DNA from: an uncultured Acidobacteriota bacterium
GTDB taxonomy: Bacteria; Acidobacteriota; Vicinamibacteria; Vicinamibacterales; SCN-69-37
Reading direction: 5' to 3'
Length of the DNA stretch: 64,000 nt
NCBI GenBank assembly: GCA_963816795.1
Contig: CAWFLT010000007.1
Location: forward strand, 5,877 to 69,876
The notes under the pieces were generated by a model that saw only the letters and a program-made list of their open reading frames with translations, was not told where the DNA came from and ran no database searches. This document shows positions 10,805 through 21,747 of this stretch, piece after piece (the stretch's first letter is position 1; the number at the start of each line of letters is the position of its first letter). Both the position numbers and the translations under genes were made by a program.

Positions 10805-13617
10805 TTACTCGCTTCGCAACGCTTCGGTGGGATCGATGCGAAGGCCACGTCGGGCAGGACCCAGCGACGCGAGGACGCCGACGAGCAGCATGAACGCGGC
10901 CGCGCCGGGGAGCACGCCGGGAATCGGCAAGCCGCCGACCTGCTCGATCGGCACGTACCGACCGACGAGGTACGCGGCGAGTATCCCCACGGCCGAGCCG
11001 GCACCGATCTGCCAGAAGGCGCGCCTGAACACAGCCGCCAACAACTGGCCCGGCTGGGCGCCCAGGGCCGAACGGATACCGATCTCACGCCGGCGCTGCG
11101 CGACCGTGAACGCCATGAGCGCGTACAGGCCGGCGGCCGAGAGCAGCAGTGCGCTGCCGGTGACCGCGCCGATGATGATGGCGCCAAGGTTGTCGCCGAA
11201 GCGGTGGTCGCGATAGATCTCGGCCAACGTGCGGACCTCGTCGACGTGCAGCGCCGGGTCGACGCCCGCGGCGACGTCGCGGAGGCGTTCCGCGAGACCG
11301 GCCGGACCGCCTCTCAAGCGAAGCTGCAGGTGGGCGGGATGGATCTGACCCGGGGCGACCGGATGGTACGCCACCCGTGCGTCGGTCGTCACGGGCAGAT
11401 TACCGACGACGCCGACCACTTCGTACCAGCGGTCCGCTTCCGGGCCGTGCAGCCACTCGCCGTCCATCGCACGGACGTACCGGAAACGGCGTCCGAGCGC
11501 GTTGCCGCCGGGGTCGATGGTGTCGGCGAAGTTGCGGTTGACAATGACCGCATCGGGCTCCGCCGCGACGTCGCCCTCGGCGAATCCGCGGCCGATAAGG
11601 GTCGGCACCTGATACATCTCGAAAAAGGAGCCATCGACCTGGTTGAACCGGGCGGGGAAGCCCGGCAGCCGCCCGTTGAGCGCCTCGGTCGGCACGTCGC
11701 GGCCCTCGATGTCGACGAACACCCAGGGTTCCTCGCCGGGCGGGCGCAGGGCGGCCGCGACGTCGAGAATGCCCGGGTCGACCAGAAGCCGTCGCGCCAA
11801 CTCGCGCTGGCGATCGCCAAAGAGCGCGGCGCGTTGTCGGCCATTGAGCACGACCCGGCCCTCTTCCAGCGCGACACGTGCGGTCGCAAACTCCTCGGCG
11901 GCGAAGCCCGGGCCGACGATGCCGGTCCGCAGCGTGCCCCAGGCGAGTTCGGCGGCCAGTGGCAGCACGCCGACCGAGAAGGCGACCTGCGCGATCACCA
12001 GCGTGGTCCACGTGGCGCCCAGCCGCAGGCTGGTCCGTCCGGCGAGCGCGCCGGCGCCGAGCCGCGCCAGGCGCCCCGTGGCCTGGATCGCCGGCACGAG
12101 GCCGGACACGGCGGCCCCGGCCACGGCCAGTCCGGCGACGAAGAGAAGCGTGCGGTACGAAATGTCGAAGGTCATCCAGAACGGCGGGCCACCGGGGAGG
12201 TCCTGCAGGCGCCCGGCCACCGCTACCGACACCACGCGCAGGATCAGCAGGGCGACACCGGCGGCCGCGGCCGTCAGCACGAGCGCCTCGATGAAGAGCT
12301 GCCAGACGATCCGCGCGCGGCTGCCGCCGAGGGCGTGGCGGGCGGCGAACTCCTGCTGCCGCGTGACGGTGCGCGCGTAGCTCAGGATCGCGATGTTCGC
12401 GCCGGGCGGCAGCAGCAGCAATACGAGTGCGAGACTGGACAGCGACCAGAGCAGGCCCAACTCGCCGCGTTCGAAGTCCCCCGTGAAGGCAAACGTGTAC
12501 GGCACCACGCGCGGTCCGGTCCCTCCTTCGGGCTGCGCGCTACGGAGGGCAGGCCTCCTTCGGGCTGCGCGCTACGGAGGGCAGGCCCTCCTTCGGGCTG
12601 CGCGCTACGGAGGGCAGGCCCTCCTTCGCGTTGCGCGCTACGGAGGGCGGGCGGGAGGATCCCGAGCGCCGAAACCTCCGCATGCGCGCGCGCGAGCGTC
12701 GCGTCCGGCGTGAGCCGGCCGAAGACGACGCCTTCGGGACCGGCGTTGCGCAGCATCTCGTCGGCCCCGCGCCGCAGCGGAACCCAGTACCGGAAGTTGT
12801 ACGGGAACTGGAAGCCGTCCGGCATGACGCCGACGACGGTGTGCACGGCCTCGCCGAGCCGCAGCTCGCGTCCGATGACGTCTCGCGCACCGGCGAAGCG
12901 CCGCTGCCAGACGTCGTGGCCGATGACGATGACGGGGGCGGCGCCGGGCGCCAGGTCGGCGTCGACGATGACCCGGCCGATGAGCGGCGGCACCCTCGCC
13001 ACCCGGAACCCGGCGGCCGAGATCTCGGCGACCGCCACGAGCTCGACCGATCCGTCGGCCGTGATCACGTTGCGCCGGATCGTCTGGAAGGCGCCGACGT
13101 CATCGATCGATTGCAGGCTGGCGCGCCAACGCTCGATGTCCTGCCACGCCGTGTCCCGCCGCTGACCGGCCTCGCGGTCCCAGATCTGGATGGCGACGAT
13201 CCGGTCGCCCTCTTCGAGCGGAAGCGGAGTCCAGAGGAGGACGTCGAACGCGGCGAACACGACCGCCGCGATGCCGATCGCCACGGACATCGCCAGCCCG
13301 CCGACCAGCGTCAGCCCCCAGTTGCGGACGAGCAGGCGGAGCCCGACCCTGACATCGAGCCACGACGAGGCGAGCCAGGGCAGGCCGCGCCGGTCGCGCA
13401 GCGCTTCGAGCGCCTGGATGCGGCCGCCGGCGGCGGCCCGGGCGAGTCGCGCCGCGTCGTTCGGCGCGTGGCCCTGCCGACGAAGCTCGTCTTCAGCGAG
13501 GGCGAGGTGTCCGGCAAGCTCGCGCTGCAGGTCATGGTCGGTCCGCCGGCCGCTGAGCGCGCCCCAGACCCTCCGTGTCCACTCCCGAAGCGAGGAAAGC
13601 ACCCCGGGGGGCGTCAT
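10805..13617 (-). pseudogene. ADOP-type duplicated MacB/FtsX permease carrying an internal 4 x 33-bp tandem repeat; frame broken by a 1-bp shorter repeat copy
   Basis: The start ATG at 13617 overlaps the PadR stop (ATGA). The N-terminal part lies in ORF 12382..13752 (MTPPGVLSSLREWTRRVWGAL..LVRNWGLTLVGGLAMSVAIGIAAVVF). The C-terminal part lies in ORF 10805..12508 (..REIGIRSALGAQPGQLL..IDPTEALRSE). The two frames join exactly across the repeat at 12521..12651. Confidence 0.8.
12521..12651. repeat. Tandem repeat, 4 copies of a 33-bp hairpin-forming unit (CCCTCCTTCGGGCTGCGCGCTACGGAGGGCAGG) inside the ADOP coding sequence
   Basis: The units are 12521-12553 (33 bp), 12554-12585 (32 bp, CC instead of CCC at its start), 12586-12618 (33 bp) and 12619-12651 (33 bp, variant). 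Each unit has CCCTCC...GGAGGG inverted ends. On the coding strand each copy reads PALRSAQ(P/R)EGG. Confidence 0.9.
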
Positions 13618-13961
13618 GCCGGATCCTCGAAGAGCGTGTGCATGACGGACACCATCTGATCCCACGCCTTCTTCTCGGCGGCGAGCCGCCGGCGTCCGGC
13701 GGCGGTGATGGCGTAGAAGCGCGCCTGGCGGTTGTTGTCGGTGACGCCCCACTCGGCTTTGACCAGGCTCTGCTGCTCCAGCCGCATCAGGCCCGGGTAC
13801 AGCGTGCCCATGTTCAGCGTGAGCGCGCCCGACGAGACCCGCTCGAGCCGGGCGCCGATGGCGTAGCCGTGCTGCGGCCCCAGCGCCGCGAGCGTTTGCA
13901 ACACCATCAAGTCGAGCGTGCCGCGCAGGACTTCCGCCTTGGAAGGCTCTTTATTAGACAT
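13614..13961 (-). CDS. PadR-family transcriptional regulator
   Basis: The 115-aa ORF has a typical PadR wHTH (LRGTLDLMVLQTLAALGPQHGYAIGARLERVSSGALTLNMGTLYPGLMRLEQQSLVKAEW). It is translationally coupled to the downstream ADOP permease. Confidence 0.9.
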   Translation of the reverse strand: MSNKEPSKAEVLRGTLDLMVLQTLAALGPQHGYAIGARLERVSSGALTLNMGTLYPGLMRLEQQSLVKAEWGVTDNNRQARFYAITAAGRRRLAAEKKAWDQMVSVMHTLFEDPA

Positions 13962-14100
13962 CCCAATGGACTCTATCCATGTTCCATTCGGAAGTCAAAT
14001 GAAGACGCATTGTGCACGCCGCTCCCACCGCCAAGGAGTGCAGGTGCCGTGCATCGAGCGGTCCGCCTTCGGGGCCGTCAAGGCCTGGACACGGCAGCCG

Positions 14101-14949
14101 CTAGTACGCCTTGAGTCCGGCTTTCCGCAGCACCTCGCAGGCCTGTTCGGCGAGCTCCACCGACGGGGGTTCAACGTTCGCGAGCTTGTAGGCGAGGCCG
14201 AGACGCTCCCACTTGTATCGGCCCATCTGGTGGAACGGCAGGACTTCGACGCGCTCGACGTTGCCGAGCTCGGCCGCAAACGCCGCCGTCTTCGCCAGGT
14301 CGTCCAGGTCGTCGGTCAGACCCGGCACCAGCACGAACCGGAGCCAGATCGGCCGGCGCCGCGCGGCGAGCCGGCGAGCGAAGGCGAGCGTCGGAGCCAC
14401 GTCCATCCCCGTCAGCGCCAGATGACGCGCAGGATCCCACGTCTTGAGTCCGAGCATCACCAGATCGATCGTGTCGATCTCGGCGTCGGACAGCCGATCA
14501 CCGAAGAAGCCATTGGTTTCGATGGTCGTGTGGATGCCCATCCCTTTGGCGGCGGCCATGAGCTTGGCCGCAAAGCGGTGCTGCATGAGCGGCTCGCCAC
14601 CGCTCAGCGTGAAGCCGCCGGACATGGCCTTGAGACCGTGCCGGTACTTGCCCAGTTCCTCCGCGGCCTTCGTCACCGACACCGGGAGACCATTGCTCAT
14701 CGTCCACGTGTCCGGGTTATGGCAGTACTGACAACGCCACATGCAGCCGGTCGTCCACGCGACCACGCGCACGCCCGGTCCGTCCACCGCCGAGCCGGTC
14801 GTAAACGAATGGAGGAACCCCATGTCTCCCGTCGCGAGCGCCTCCCGCACGCTCTGCTCCGGCACGGCGTCGCCCAGGTGGACCCTGAGCTCGTACGGGC
14901 TCTTGGCTTCCAACGCAGCGGTTTGCGCGTCAGGCATTGGCCGCTCCAT
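14101..14949 (-). CDS. pflA: Pyruvate formate-lyase activating enzyme (radical SAM)
   Basis: It has a [14 protein letters not shown] radical-SAM cysteine cluster, [11 protein letters not shown], and lies directly downstream of pflB. An alternative start MPDAQT at 14937 has GGAG upstream. Confidence 0.9.
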   Translation of the reverse strand: MERPMPDAQTAALEAKSPYELRVHLGDAVPEQSVREALATGDMGFLHSFTTGSAVDGPGVRVVAWTTGCMWRCQYCHNPDTWTMSNGLPVSVTKAAEELGKYRHGLKAMSGGFTLSGGEPLMQHRFAAKLMAAAKGMGIHTTIETNGFFGDRLSDAEIDTIDLVMLGLKTWDPARHLALTGMDVAPTLAFARRLAARRRPIWLRFVLVPGLTDDLDDLAKTAAFAAELGNVERVEVLPFHQMGRYKWERLGLAYKLANVEPPSVELAEQACEVLRKAGLKAY

Positions 14950-17203
14950 GGAAGGTGCGATTGATGACGTCCATCTGCTGCTCGCGCGTCAGGCGCACGA
15001 AGTTGACCGCGTAGCCAGAGACGCGGATCGTCAGGCTCGGGTACTTCTCCGGATGATCCATCGCATCGATCAGCGTGTCGCGGTTCAACACGTTGACGTT
15101 CATATGAAATCCTGTCGCCGTGAAGTAGGCATCCAGGATGTTCGTGAGGTTGTTGATTTGGTCTTCAGGAATCCCGGCCGAGCCCGGACGGCACCAGCGT
15201 CGACGTGAGCGAGATGCCGTCGGCCGCGTCGCGATACGGGATCTTGGCCACCGACGCCGCGGACGCATGGATGCCGTGGGTGTCGCGCCCATGCATCGGA
15301 TTTGCGCCGGGCGCAAACGGCTCGCCGCGACGGCGCCCATCCGGCGTGTTCCCGGTCGCCTTCCCGTACACCACGTTCGAGGTGATGGTCAGAATCGACT
15401 GCGTGTGCAGGGCGTTCCGGTACGTCGGGTGTTTCCGCAGCTTGTTCATGAAGGTGCTGACCACCCAGGTGGCGAGTCTGATCCACGCGGTTGTCGTTGT
15501 TCCCGAAGAGCGGGAACTCACCCTCGGTCTGATAGTCGGTGACCAGGCCGGTCTGGTCTCTGACCACCTTGACCTTCGCGAACTTGATCGCCGAAAGACT
15601 GTCGGCCACCACGGACAACCCCGCCATGCCGAACGCCATCGTCCGGACCGGCGCATAGTCATGGAGGGCCATTTCGATGCGCTCGTAGGCGTACTTGTCG
15701 TGCATGTAGTGGATGACGTTCATGGCGCTGACGTAGACGCCGGCCAGCCAGTCCATCATCTTCTCGAACCGGACAGCCACGTCGTCCAACTCGAGATACT
15801 CCCCTTGGACCGGTTCCGAGACCGGCCCGACCTGCTTGCCGCTCACTTCATCGCGGCCGCCGTTGATGGCGTACAGGAGGCACTTGGCCATGTTCGCCCG
15901 GGCGCCGAAGAACTGCATCTGCTTGCCGACCAGCATCGGCGACACGCAGCACGCCACGGCGCCGTCATCGCCCCAGGTGCGCCGCATGATCTCGTCGCTT
16001 TCGAACTGCAGCGAACTGGTGTCGATCGCGACCTTGGCCGCGAACTTGCGGAATCCTTCCGGCATGCGCGCCGAATACCAGATCGTGAGATTGGGCTCCG
16101 GCGCCGGGCCGAGGTTGTAGAGCGTCTGCAAGCATCCTGAAGCTGGACTTGGTCACGAGCGATCGGCCGTCATCGCCCATCCCGCCGATCGACTCGGTGA
16201 CCCACGTCGGATCGCCGGCGAACAGATCGTCGTACTCCGGAGTCCTGAGGAACCGCACGATGCGGAGCTTGATGACGAAGTCGTCGAAGATCTCCTGCGC
16301 CTGCTCTTCGGTCAGGCGGCCTGCCTGCAGGTCCCGCTCGAAGTAGATGTCCAGGAACGTGGAGCAGCGGCCCAGCGACATGGCCGCGCCGTTCTGCTCC
16401 TTCACCGCCGCCAGGTACGCGAAGTACAGCCACTGCACCGCCTCGCGAGCGGTCCGGGCCGGGCCCGAAATGTCGTAGCCATAACTCGCGGCCATCGCCT
16501 TCAGTTCCTGCAGGGCTCGCGCCTGTTCGGAGAGTTCTTCGCGATCCCGGATGATCGGTTCCGAGGACGGCTCGGAATCGAGGGCCAGCTTCTCCTGTTG
16601 TTTGTGCGCGATCAGGCGGTCCACCCCATACAGGGCGACGCGCCGGTAGTCGCCAATGATGCGGCCGCGGCCATACGCGTCGGGCAGGCCCGTCAGCACG
16701 TGCGAGCTCCGGCATTTCCGGATGTCCGAGGTGTAGGCGTCGAACACGCCTTCGTTGTGGGTCTTCCGGTACTTGGTGAACGCTTCCACGACGTGCGGGT
16801 CCGGCTGGTGGCCGTACGCCTCCAGCGCGTTCAACACCATGCGGAGACCGCCGTTCGGCATGATGGCGCGCTTCAACGGCGCCTCGGTCTGGAGCCCGAC
16901 GATGATTTCGAGGTCGCGGTCGATGTAGCCAGGCGCATGCGCCGTGATCGAGCTCGGCACCTGTGAAATGTCGAGCACGCCCTTCTTCCGCTCCTCGACG
17001 AAGAGCGTCGTCAGCTTGCCCCAGACGTTCTTCGTCCGCTCGGTCGCCGGCGCCAGGAATGCCGAGTCGCCGTCGTAGGGCGTGTAGTTCAACTGAATGA
17101 AGGCGCGAACGTTGATCTCGCGCTGCCACAACGCGCCGTGGAATCCATCCCACGGAGACTCGACCGCGGCGTCCTGCGGTTGCTTCGATGCGGTAGTGCT
17201 CAT
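14930..17203 (-). pseudogene. pflB: Pyruvate formate-lyase (formate C-acetyltransferase), three frame breaks
   Basis: Four ORFs (15965..17203, 15100..16131, 15165..15662, 14930..15340) are colinear with PflB as I remember it. Matching blocks are ..SSFRML | [49 protein letters not shown] | [48 protein letters not shown] | [18 protein letters not shown] (glycyl-radical motif). The frame switches near 16130, 15480 and 15165. Confidence 0.85.
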
Positions 17204-17227
17204 GTCAGGCTCCTGGAGTAGCGATCG

Positions 17228-18424
17228 TCAGGGACGACGGCCGGAAATGCCGAGCAGAGCGCCCGTATGCCGGGCGATCATCAGTTCTTCGTTGGTCGGA
17301 ACCACCCAGACCGAAGGCCGGCCGGTGGACGTGGAAATCTTCGGTCCGTGCGACTGATTCGCGGCGGGATCAACGGTCACGCCGAGCCATGCCGACGCCT
17401 CGCAGATGCGCCGCCGGATCTCCACCGAACGTTCGCCGATTCCGGCGGTGAAGACGAGCGCATCGATTCCACCGAGGACCGCTGCGAGAGCGCCCATGTG
17501 TTTGGCCACCTGGTAGACGAAGTAGTCGACGGCCAGCCGGGCGGACGGACTCGCATTGTCCAGGAGGTCGCGCATGTCGTTGCTGATCCCTGAAATGCCA
17601 ATGAGCCCGGACTGCTTATAAAGGATCGACTCGACCTCTTTTGCCGATCGGCCCATCGTCTGGAAAAGATGTAACACCACGCCGGGATCGACCGATCCCG
17701 GACGAGTGCCCATGCAGAGCCCATCGAGTGCGGTGAAGCCCAACGTGCTGTCCACGCTCTTCCGTGCCTTCATCGCACAGAGGCTGGCGCCGCTGCCCAG
17801 ATGCGCGACGATCACGCGGCCATCGGCGATCTCGGGCGCGACGGACGGCAACGCCGACGCGATGTACTCATACGAGAGTCCGTGGAAGCCGTAGCGCTGC
17901 ACGCCGGCGTCACGAATGTCCTTCGGCAGCGGCACCAGCTCCGCCACCGCCGGTTGGCCGCGATGGAAGCTGGTGTCGAAGCAGGCCACCTGCGGCACGC
18001 CGGGCATCTGGTCACGCACGGCCTCGATCGCGGCCAGGTTGTGGGGCTGATGGAGCGGCGCCAGCGGCACCAGTGTGCGAAGGTCCTCCAGGACTTCCGG
18101 CGTGACGATGCAGGGGCCGGCGTATTTTGCGCCGCCATGCACCACGCGATGGCCGACGCCCAACACGCGCGCGCCGGCGTAGCGCTTGCGGAGCCATCCG
18201 GCGAGGACACCGAGCGCCGCGCGCCCATCACGAACGGATGCATCCAGCGCGTCGTCCGCCAGCTTCGTGCCCGCGTCGTCCTTGGCGGTGAGCCGGGGCG
18301 AGGTGCCAATCCCGTCGATCTGGCCCCGCGCCTCCAGACGCCAGACGTCTTCGGCGGGCCGTCGATACACGCAGAACTTCAGGCTCGACGAACCGGCGTT
18401 GAAGACGAGTGCGTAGTCGTCCAT
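17228..18424 (-). CDS. ackA: Acetate kinase
   Basis: The 398-aa ORF has the N-terminal ALVFNAGSSSLKF motif, HRVVHGG and YGFHGLSYEY. It is adjacent to pflB. Confidence 0.9.
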   Translation of the reverse strand: MDDYALVFNAGSSSLKFCVYRRPAEDVWRLEARGQIDGIGTSPRLTAKDDAGTKLADDALDASVRDGRAALGVLAGWLRKRYAGARVLGVGHRVVHGGAKYAGPCIVTPEVLEDLRTLVPLAPLHQPHNLAAIEAVRDQMPGVPQVACFDTSFHRGQPAVAELVPLPKDIRDAGVQRYGFHGLSYEYIASALPSVAPEIADGRVIVAHLGSGASLCAMKARKSVDSTLGFTALDGLCMGTRPGSVDPGVVLHLFQTMGRSAKEVESILYKQSGLIGISGISNDMRDLLDNASPSARLAVDYFVYQVAKHMGALAAVLGGIDALVFTAGIGERSVEIRRRICEASAWLGVTVDPAANQSHGPKISTSTGRPSVWVVPTNEELMIARHTGALLGISGRRP

Positions 18425-18485
18425 GTGTCCTCGCGTCTGTTAGCGCGGCTGGCGAAAATGCCAGCCGACATCGTATCCTTTTGGC

Positions 18486-19451
18486 ATGCCCCGCGGCGTC
18501 GCCATGTTATTCGGTTGGCTGGTGGCGGCTCTGTCTGTCGTTCTTCCCGCTCAGGAACGTTCGACCTTCCGGTCTGGGATTTCCACCGTTCCAATCTATG
18601 CCACGGTTCGATCCTCAGACGGCCGGCTCGTTCCCGGCCTGAGTCGGGAGGATTTCGAGATTCGCGACAACGGCGTCATCGCGGACGTGGCTCACTTCTC
18701 CAGCGAGATCGTACCAATCACGGTCACGATGATGCTCGACATGAGCGGCAGCCAGGGGGCGGGCGTTGCGTGGATGCGGGACGCGGCGGGGGCATTCGTC
18801 GATCAACTCAAGCCCGCCGACCGTGCCCGCATCGGGACGTTCGGGATCGAGATCGCCATCAGTCCCAGGCTGACCGGCGACCAGCGCTATCTCCGGCGCG
18901 TGCTCCAGGAGGAGCTCTGGTCCGGTGGCGGCACGCCGCTCTGGGACGCGCTGGATGAAGCGATGTCGTCGCTCGGCCAGGAGGAAGGCCGTCGCGTGAT
19001 TCTTGCGTTGACCGACGGTTTTGACTCGGGCTCCACGATGACCGGCCCCTGGTCACGCCCTGGGCCGACAGGATCGCTCGGCGCCAACGGTAAGCCGCTC
19101 ATGGGCGAGGGGTCGTCCAGGCGCCATGACGCCGTCAGACGGCGGGCGATTCGAGAGAACTTCATGATTTACGCCGTCGGCCGTTACATACCGCCCGGAC
19201 TGTTGCTGGGTGCCATGAGCACCGAGATGAAGGCCGTGGCCGTAGACTCCGGCGGTGGCTTCCGGATCTTCCCGCCACGGCAGGATGCGCGAGCCGCGAT
19301 GGCCGAGGTCGCCGACGAGCTGCATCATCAATACCTGCTCGGCTTCGCGCCAGCGACGATCGACAACAAGCTTCACACGCTTGACGTTCGAGTGAAGCGG
19401 GCTGGCATGTCGGTCCAGTCGCGCCGGAGCTATCTCGCCGACGGTCGATGA
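18486..19451 (+). CDS. VWA-domain protein of the acidobacterial VWFA-related type, secreted
   Basis: It has a signal peptide, then FRSGISTVPIYATVRSSDGRLVPGLSREDFEIRDNGV..ITVTMMLDMSGSQ (MIDAS-like DxSGS) and TPLWDALDEAM. This matches my memory of the TIGR03436-like family. Confidence 0.75.
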   Translation: MPRGVAMLFGWLVAALSVVLPAQERSTFRSGISTVPIYATVRSSDGRLVPGLSREDFEIRDNGVIADVAHFSSEIVPITVTMMLDMSGSQGAGVAWMRDAAGAFVDQLKPADRARIGTFGIEIAISPRLTGDQRYLRRVLQEELWSGGGTPLWDALDEAMSSLGQEEGRRVILALTDGFDSGSTMTGPWSRPGPTGSLGANGKPLMGEGSSRRHDAVRRRAIRENFMIYAVGRYIPPGLLLGAMSTEMKAVAVDSGGGFRIFPPRQDARAAMAEVADELHHQYLLGFAPATIDNKLHTLDVRVKRAGMSVQSRRSYLADGR

Positions 19452-19455
19452 CGCG

Positions 19456-20301
19456 ATGACGATGCGCGCGAGAATTGCCGGCGCCATCTCGACGGCGTGG
19501 CTCGCTGCAGTTGCCGGATCGCAGACCACCGATATCATCTCGATCTACGTTGACGATCCGCCGGTCTCGAGCGGTGCGCGACCGGCCGCGTACCAGCTCG
19601 CGGTGGACGGGGTGTCGGTGCCGATTGCCCGGGTCGTGACTGGTCCGCATCCTGTTTCCGCGGTCGTCCTGTTCGACGCCAGCAGCAGCGCGGCGACCGT
19701 GTCCGCGTCGGACGCGGCCCAACGGCTTGCCGGAGGCGCTCGCGACGGCGATGCGATCCACGTCGGCACCTTCGCGAAGAAGATTCTGTTGTCGCAGCCG
19801 TTCGGCCAGTCCGCGGCGGCCGCGACCGCGGCGGCCAGCGAAGTGGACCAGCGGGGCGGCCCCTCGCCGCTGTGGGACGCGATTGACGCGAGTGTCACTG
19901 CGGTGGCCGGTTCTTCCACCGGCGTTCGTGCCGTGCTCGTCTTCACGGATGCCATGGCGACGGGCAACGATCGCGGATTCAGCGACGTCGAGGAGGTGGT
20001 CGCCACGTCTGGCGTGATCGTCTCGGCCGTTGGCGTCGGGGACGCCGCGTTGCCGGCGAGCATGCGCGCAGTCGGGAGGAACGATGCGATTCGCCGGCTC
20101 GTCGAGGGATCGGGCGGCCTGTACTTCGAGTTGGAGAAGCCATCCGATTCGCCGATCGATCGGCTGACTGGCATGCTGGACCAATTGCGGAAGCGCTCTC
20201 GAATCGATTTTGTCCCGCCCGTGCGCGACGGCGCCGTGCATCGGGTCTCACTGACGCTGGCGGGCCGCCCAATTCGCGCGACGACACGCATTCGATACTG
20301 A
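19456..20301 (+). CDS. Second VWA-like domain protein (degenerate MIDAS), same operon
   Basis: It starts 4 nt after the previous stop. It contains VVLFDASSS, PSPLWDAIDASV and AVLVFTDAMATGND blocks that parallel the upstream paralog. Confidence 0.65.
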   Translation: MTMRARIAGAISTAWLAAVAGSQTTDIISIYVDDPPVSSGARPAAYQLAVDGVSVPIARVVTGPHPVSAVVLFDASSSAATVSASDAAQRLAGGARDGDAIHVGTFAKKILLSQPFGQSAAAATAAASEVDQRGGPSPLWDAIDASVTAVAGSSTGVRAVLVFTDAMATGNDRGFSDVEEVVATSGVIVSAVGVGDAALPASMRAVGRNDAIRRLVEGSGGLYFELEKPSDSPIDRLTGMLDQLRKRSRIDFVPPVRDGAVHRVSLTLAGRPIRATTRIRY

Positions 20302-20320
20302 GATTTTCCAAACGCGTAGC

Positions 20321-20372
20321 GCGGATTGGGCTGCAATCCGCGTGCAGTTGGCGGGCCCCAACCCGGCCCGCC
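20321..20372. terminator. Two GC-rich hairpins between convergent genes (possible bidirectional terminators)
   Basis: GCGGATTG-ggctg-CAATCCGC (20321-20341) and GGCGGGCC-ccaaccc-GGCCCGCC (20350-20372) both have perfect 8-bp stems. There is no clear U-tract. Confidence 0.4.
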
Positions 20373-20378
20373 CTGACG

Positions 20379-21614
20379 TCACTGCCGCGGGCCAGCCTCA
20401 TCAGCCGTTTGGAGCAGGCGCCAGGTCGCGTACAGCAGCAGCACGTTTCTCAACACCAGGACGAGCGTCCGTCCGAGATCGAGACCGCTGTCGAACGTCG
20501 CACTCGGAAAGAAGGCGGGCACGAGGAACGTACTGAAGAAGATGCACCACAGGGCGCCAGTATCGACCCCGGCGTCCGGCCGGCGCCGGCCGAGCAGCGA
20601 CAGGGCCGCCAGCGGCGCGAGCCAGAGATGGAATTGCGGGCTCAGCACGAGGCTGAACGTCACGAACGTCGTGACCGGCAGCAGCAACAGCGTGGCCGTG
20701 ACCGAGAGCGAGACCGTAGCGGCATCGTCGCCAGAAAACGGCCTCTGGCGCCAGGCGGCCCACGTGGCGAGGGCGACGCTCCCCAGCGTGGCGGTCACCC
20801 ACACGATTCGGGCTGGCGTGATGAGACCTTCCGCGACGGGACCGGTGACTTCAAACCAGCCGATCACCAGTTCCCACGTCGCGGGCACGCCGACGAAGTG
20901 AGACAGCCAGAGCACCGATGCCCACAGCGATTCGGCTTCCAGGCCACGCCGGGTATGAACGGTCGCGAAATTCCACCACGGCACTGACCACGACAGGGCG
21001 ATGAGCGGCAGCAGACCGGCGGCCACGCCGATCGCGAACCGCCTGGCATCGCGCCGGCTTCGGCGCCAGGCCACTACGGCCAGCACGGGCACGAACACGG
21101 CGGGGTAGACCTTTGTCCCCATGGCGACGGCGGCCATCAGGCCGGCGACGCCGGCCCGCCCCGCCGAGAGCGCGATCACGGCGGCGACCGAAAGCGCCGA
21201 GGGAATCACGTCATAACGCTGCAGGAGAATGTGACCGACAGCGGCCGTCGCCAGGGTGTACATGACAAACGGCAGCGCATCGGGCGGGCGATGGCGGTCG
21301 CGAAAGCCGGTCCAGAGGAGCGCGGCCTTGACCAGCGCGTCCAGGCACAGAATGAGCAGACCGAAGAACAATCGGAATTGGGGGAGGTCTCCGGCCAGCA
21401 TCGCCGGCCCGGCCAGCCACGCAAGGACGTACGGCGGGTACTCGAAGGGCACGTCGACGTAGATCCGCTGGCCGTCGAGCAAGGCGTTCGCCGACAGCAT
21501 GTAGTGCTTGAGATCGCTAGACGTCCACCCCCTGAACAGCCTGGTCAGGAACGGAAGGGTTCCAAGCGACCAGAGTGCCACGCCAAGTAACAGTCGACCG
21601 AGACTTGAGCTCAT
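20379..21614 (-). CDS. Polytopic membrane protein, GT87/DUF2029-like glycosyltransferase
   Basis: The 411-aa ORF has many TM helices, and the N-terminal loop DGQRIYVDVPFEYPPYVLAW resembles DUF2029-type mannosyltransferases. Confidence 0.6.
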   Translation of the reverse strand: MSSSLGRLLLGVALWSLGTLPFLTRLFRGWTSSDLKHYMLSANALLDGQRIYVDVPFEYPPYVLAWLAGPAMLAGDLPQFRLFFGLLILCLDALVKAALLWTGFRDRHRPPDALPFVMYTLATAAVGHILLQRYDVIPSALSVAAVIALSAGRAGVAGLMAAVAMGTKVYPAVFVPVLAVVAWRRSRRDARRFAIGVAAGLLPLIALSWSVPWWNFATVHTRRGLEAESLWASVLWLSHFVGVPATWELVIGWFEVTGPVAEGLITPARIVWVTATLGSVALATWAAWRQRPFSGDDAATVSLSVTATLLLLPVTTFVTFSLVLSPQFHLWLAPLAALSLLGRRRPDAGVDTGALWCIFFSTFLVPAFFPSATFDSGLDLGRTLVLVLRNVLLLYATWRLLQTADEAGPRQ

Positions 21615-21747
21615 GCGAAGCAGGCCGTCGGCCTGCCCGCTGTCGGGCGGTAGGCATCTCCTGTGCGGAATGTTGAACTTGTGATGGACATGAGAGTCTC
21701 GCTTCTAGTCTAAAGGAGGCAAGGGTAAACTCCTGACTAAGCAGTCC

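Noticed and set aside
8363-11187. The N-terminal extensions of track ORFs 8363..9913 (516 aa) and 9430..11187 (585 aa).
   Set aside because: The extensions are Arg-rich and overlap the upstream gene out of frame. Internal starts at 9430 (ATG overlapping the upstream stop) and 10776 give proteins of normal family length.
10619-13165. Very long ORFs on the opposite strand or out of frame with recognised genes. Examples are 848 aa at 10619..13165, 580 aa at 37952..39694, 455 aa at 41540..42907, 364 aa at 42943..44037, 335 aa at 6052..7059 and 355 aa at 9086..10153.
   Set aside because: These are typical high-GC shadow ORFs. Their Arg/Ala/Gly/Pro-rich low-complexity translations have no motifs, and they completely overlap genes with clear family signatures.
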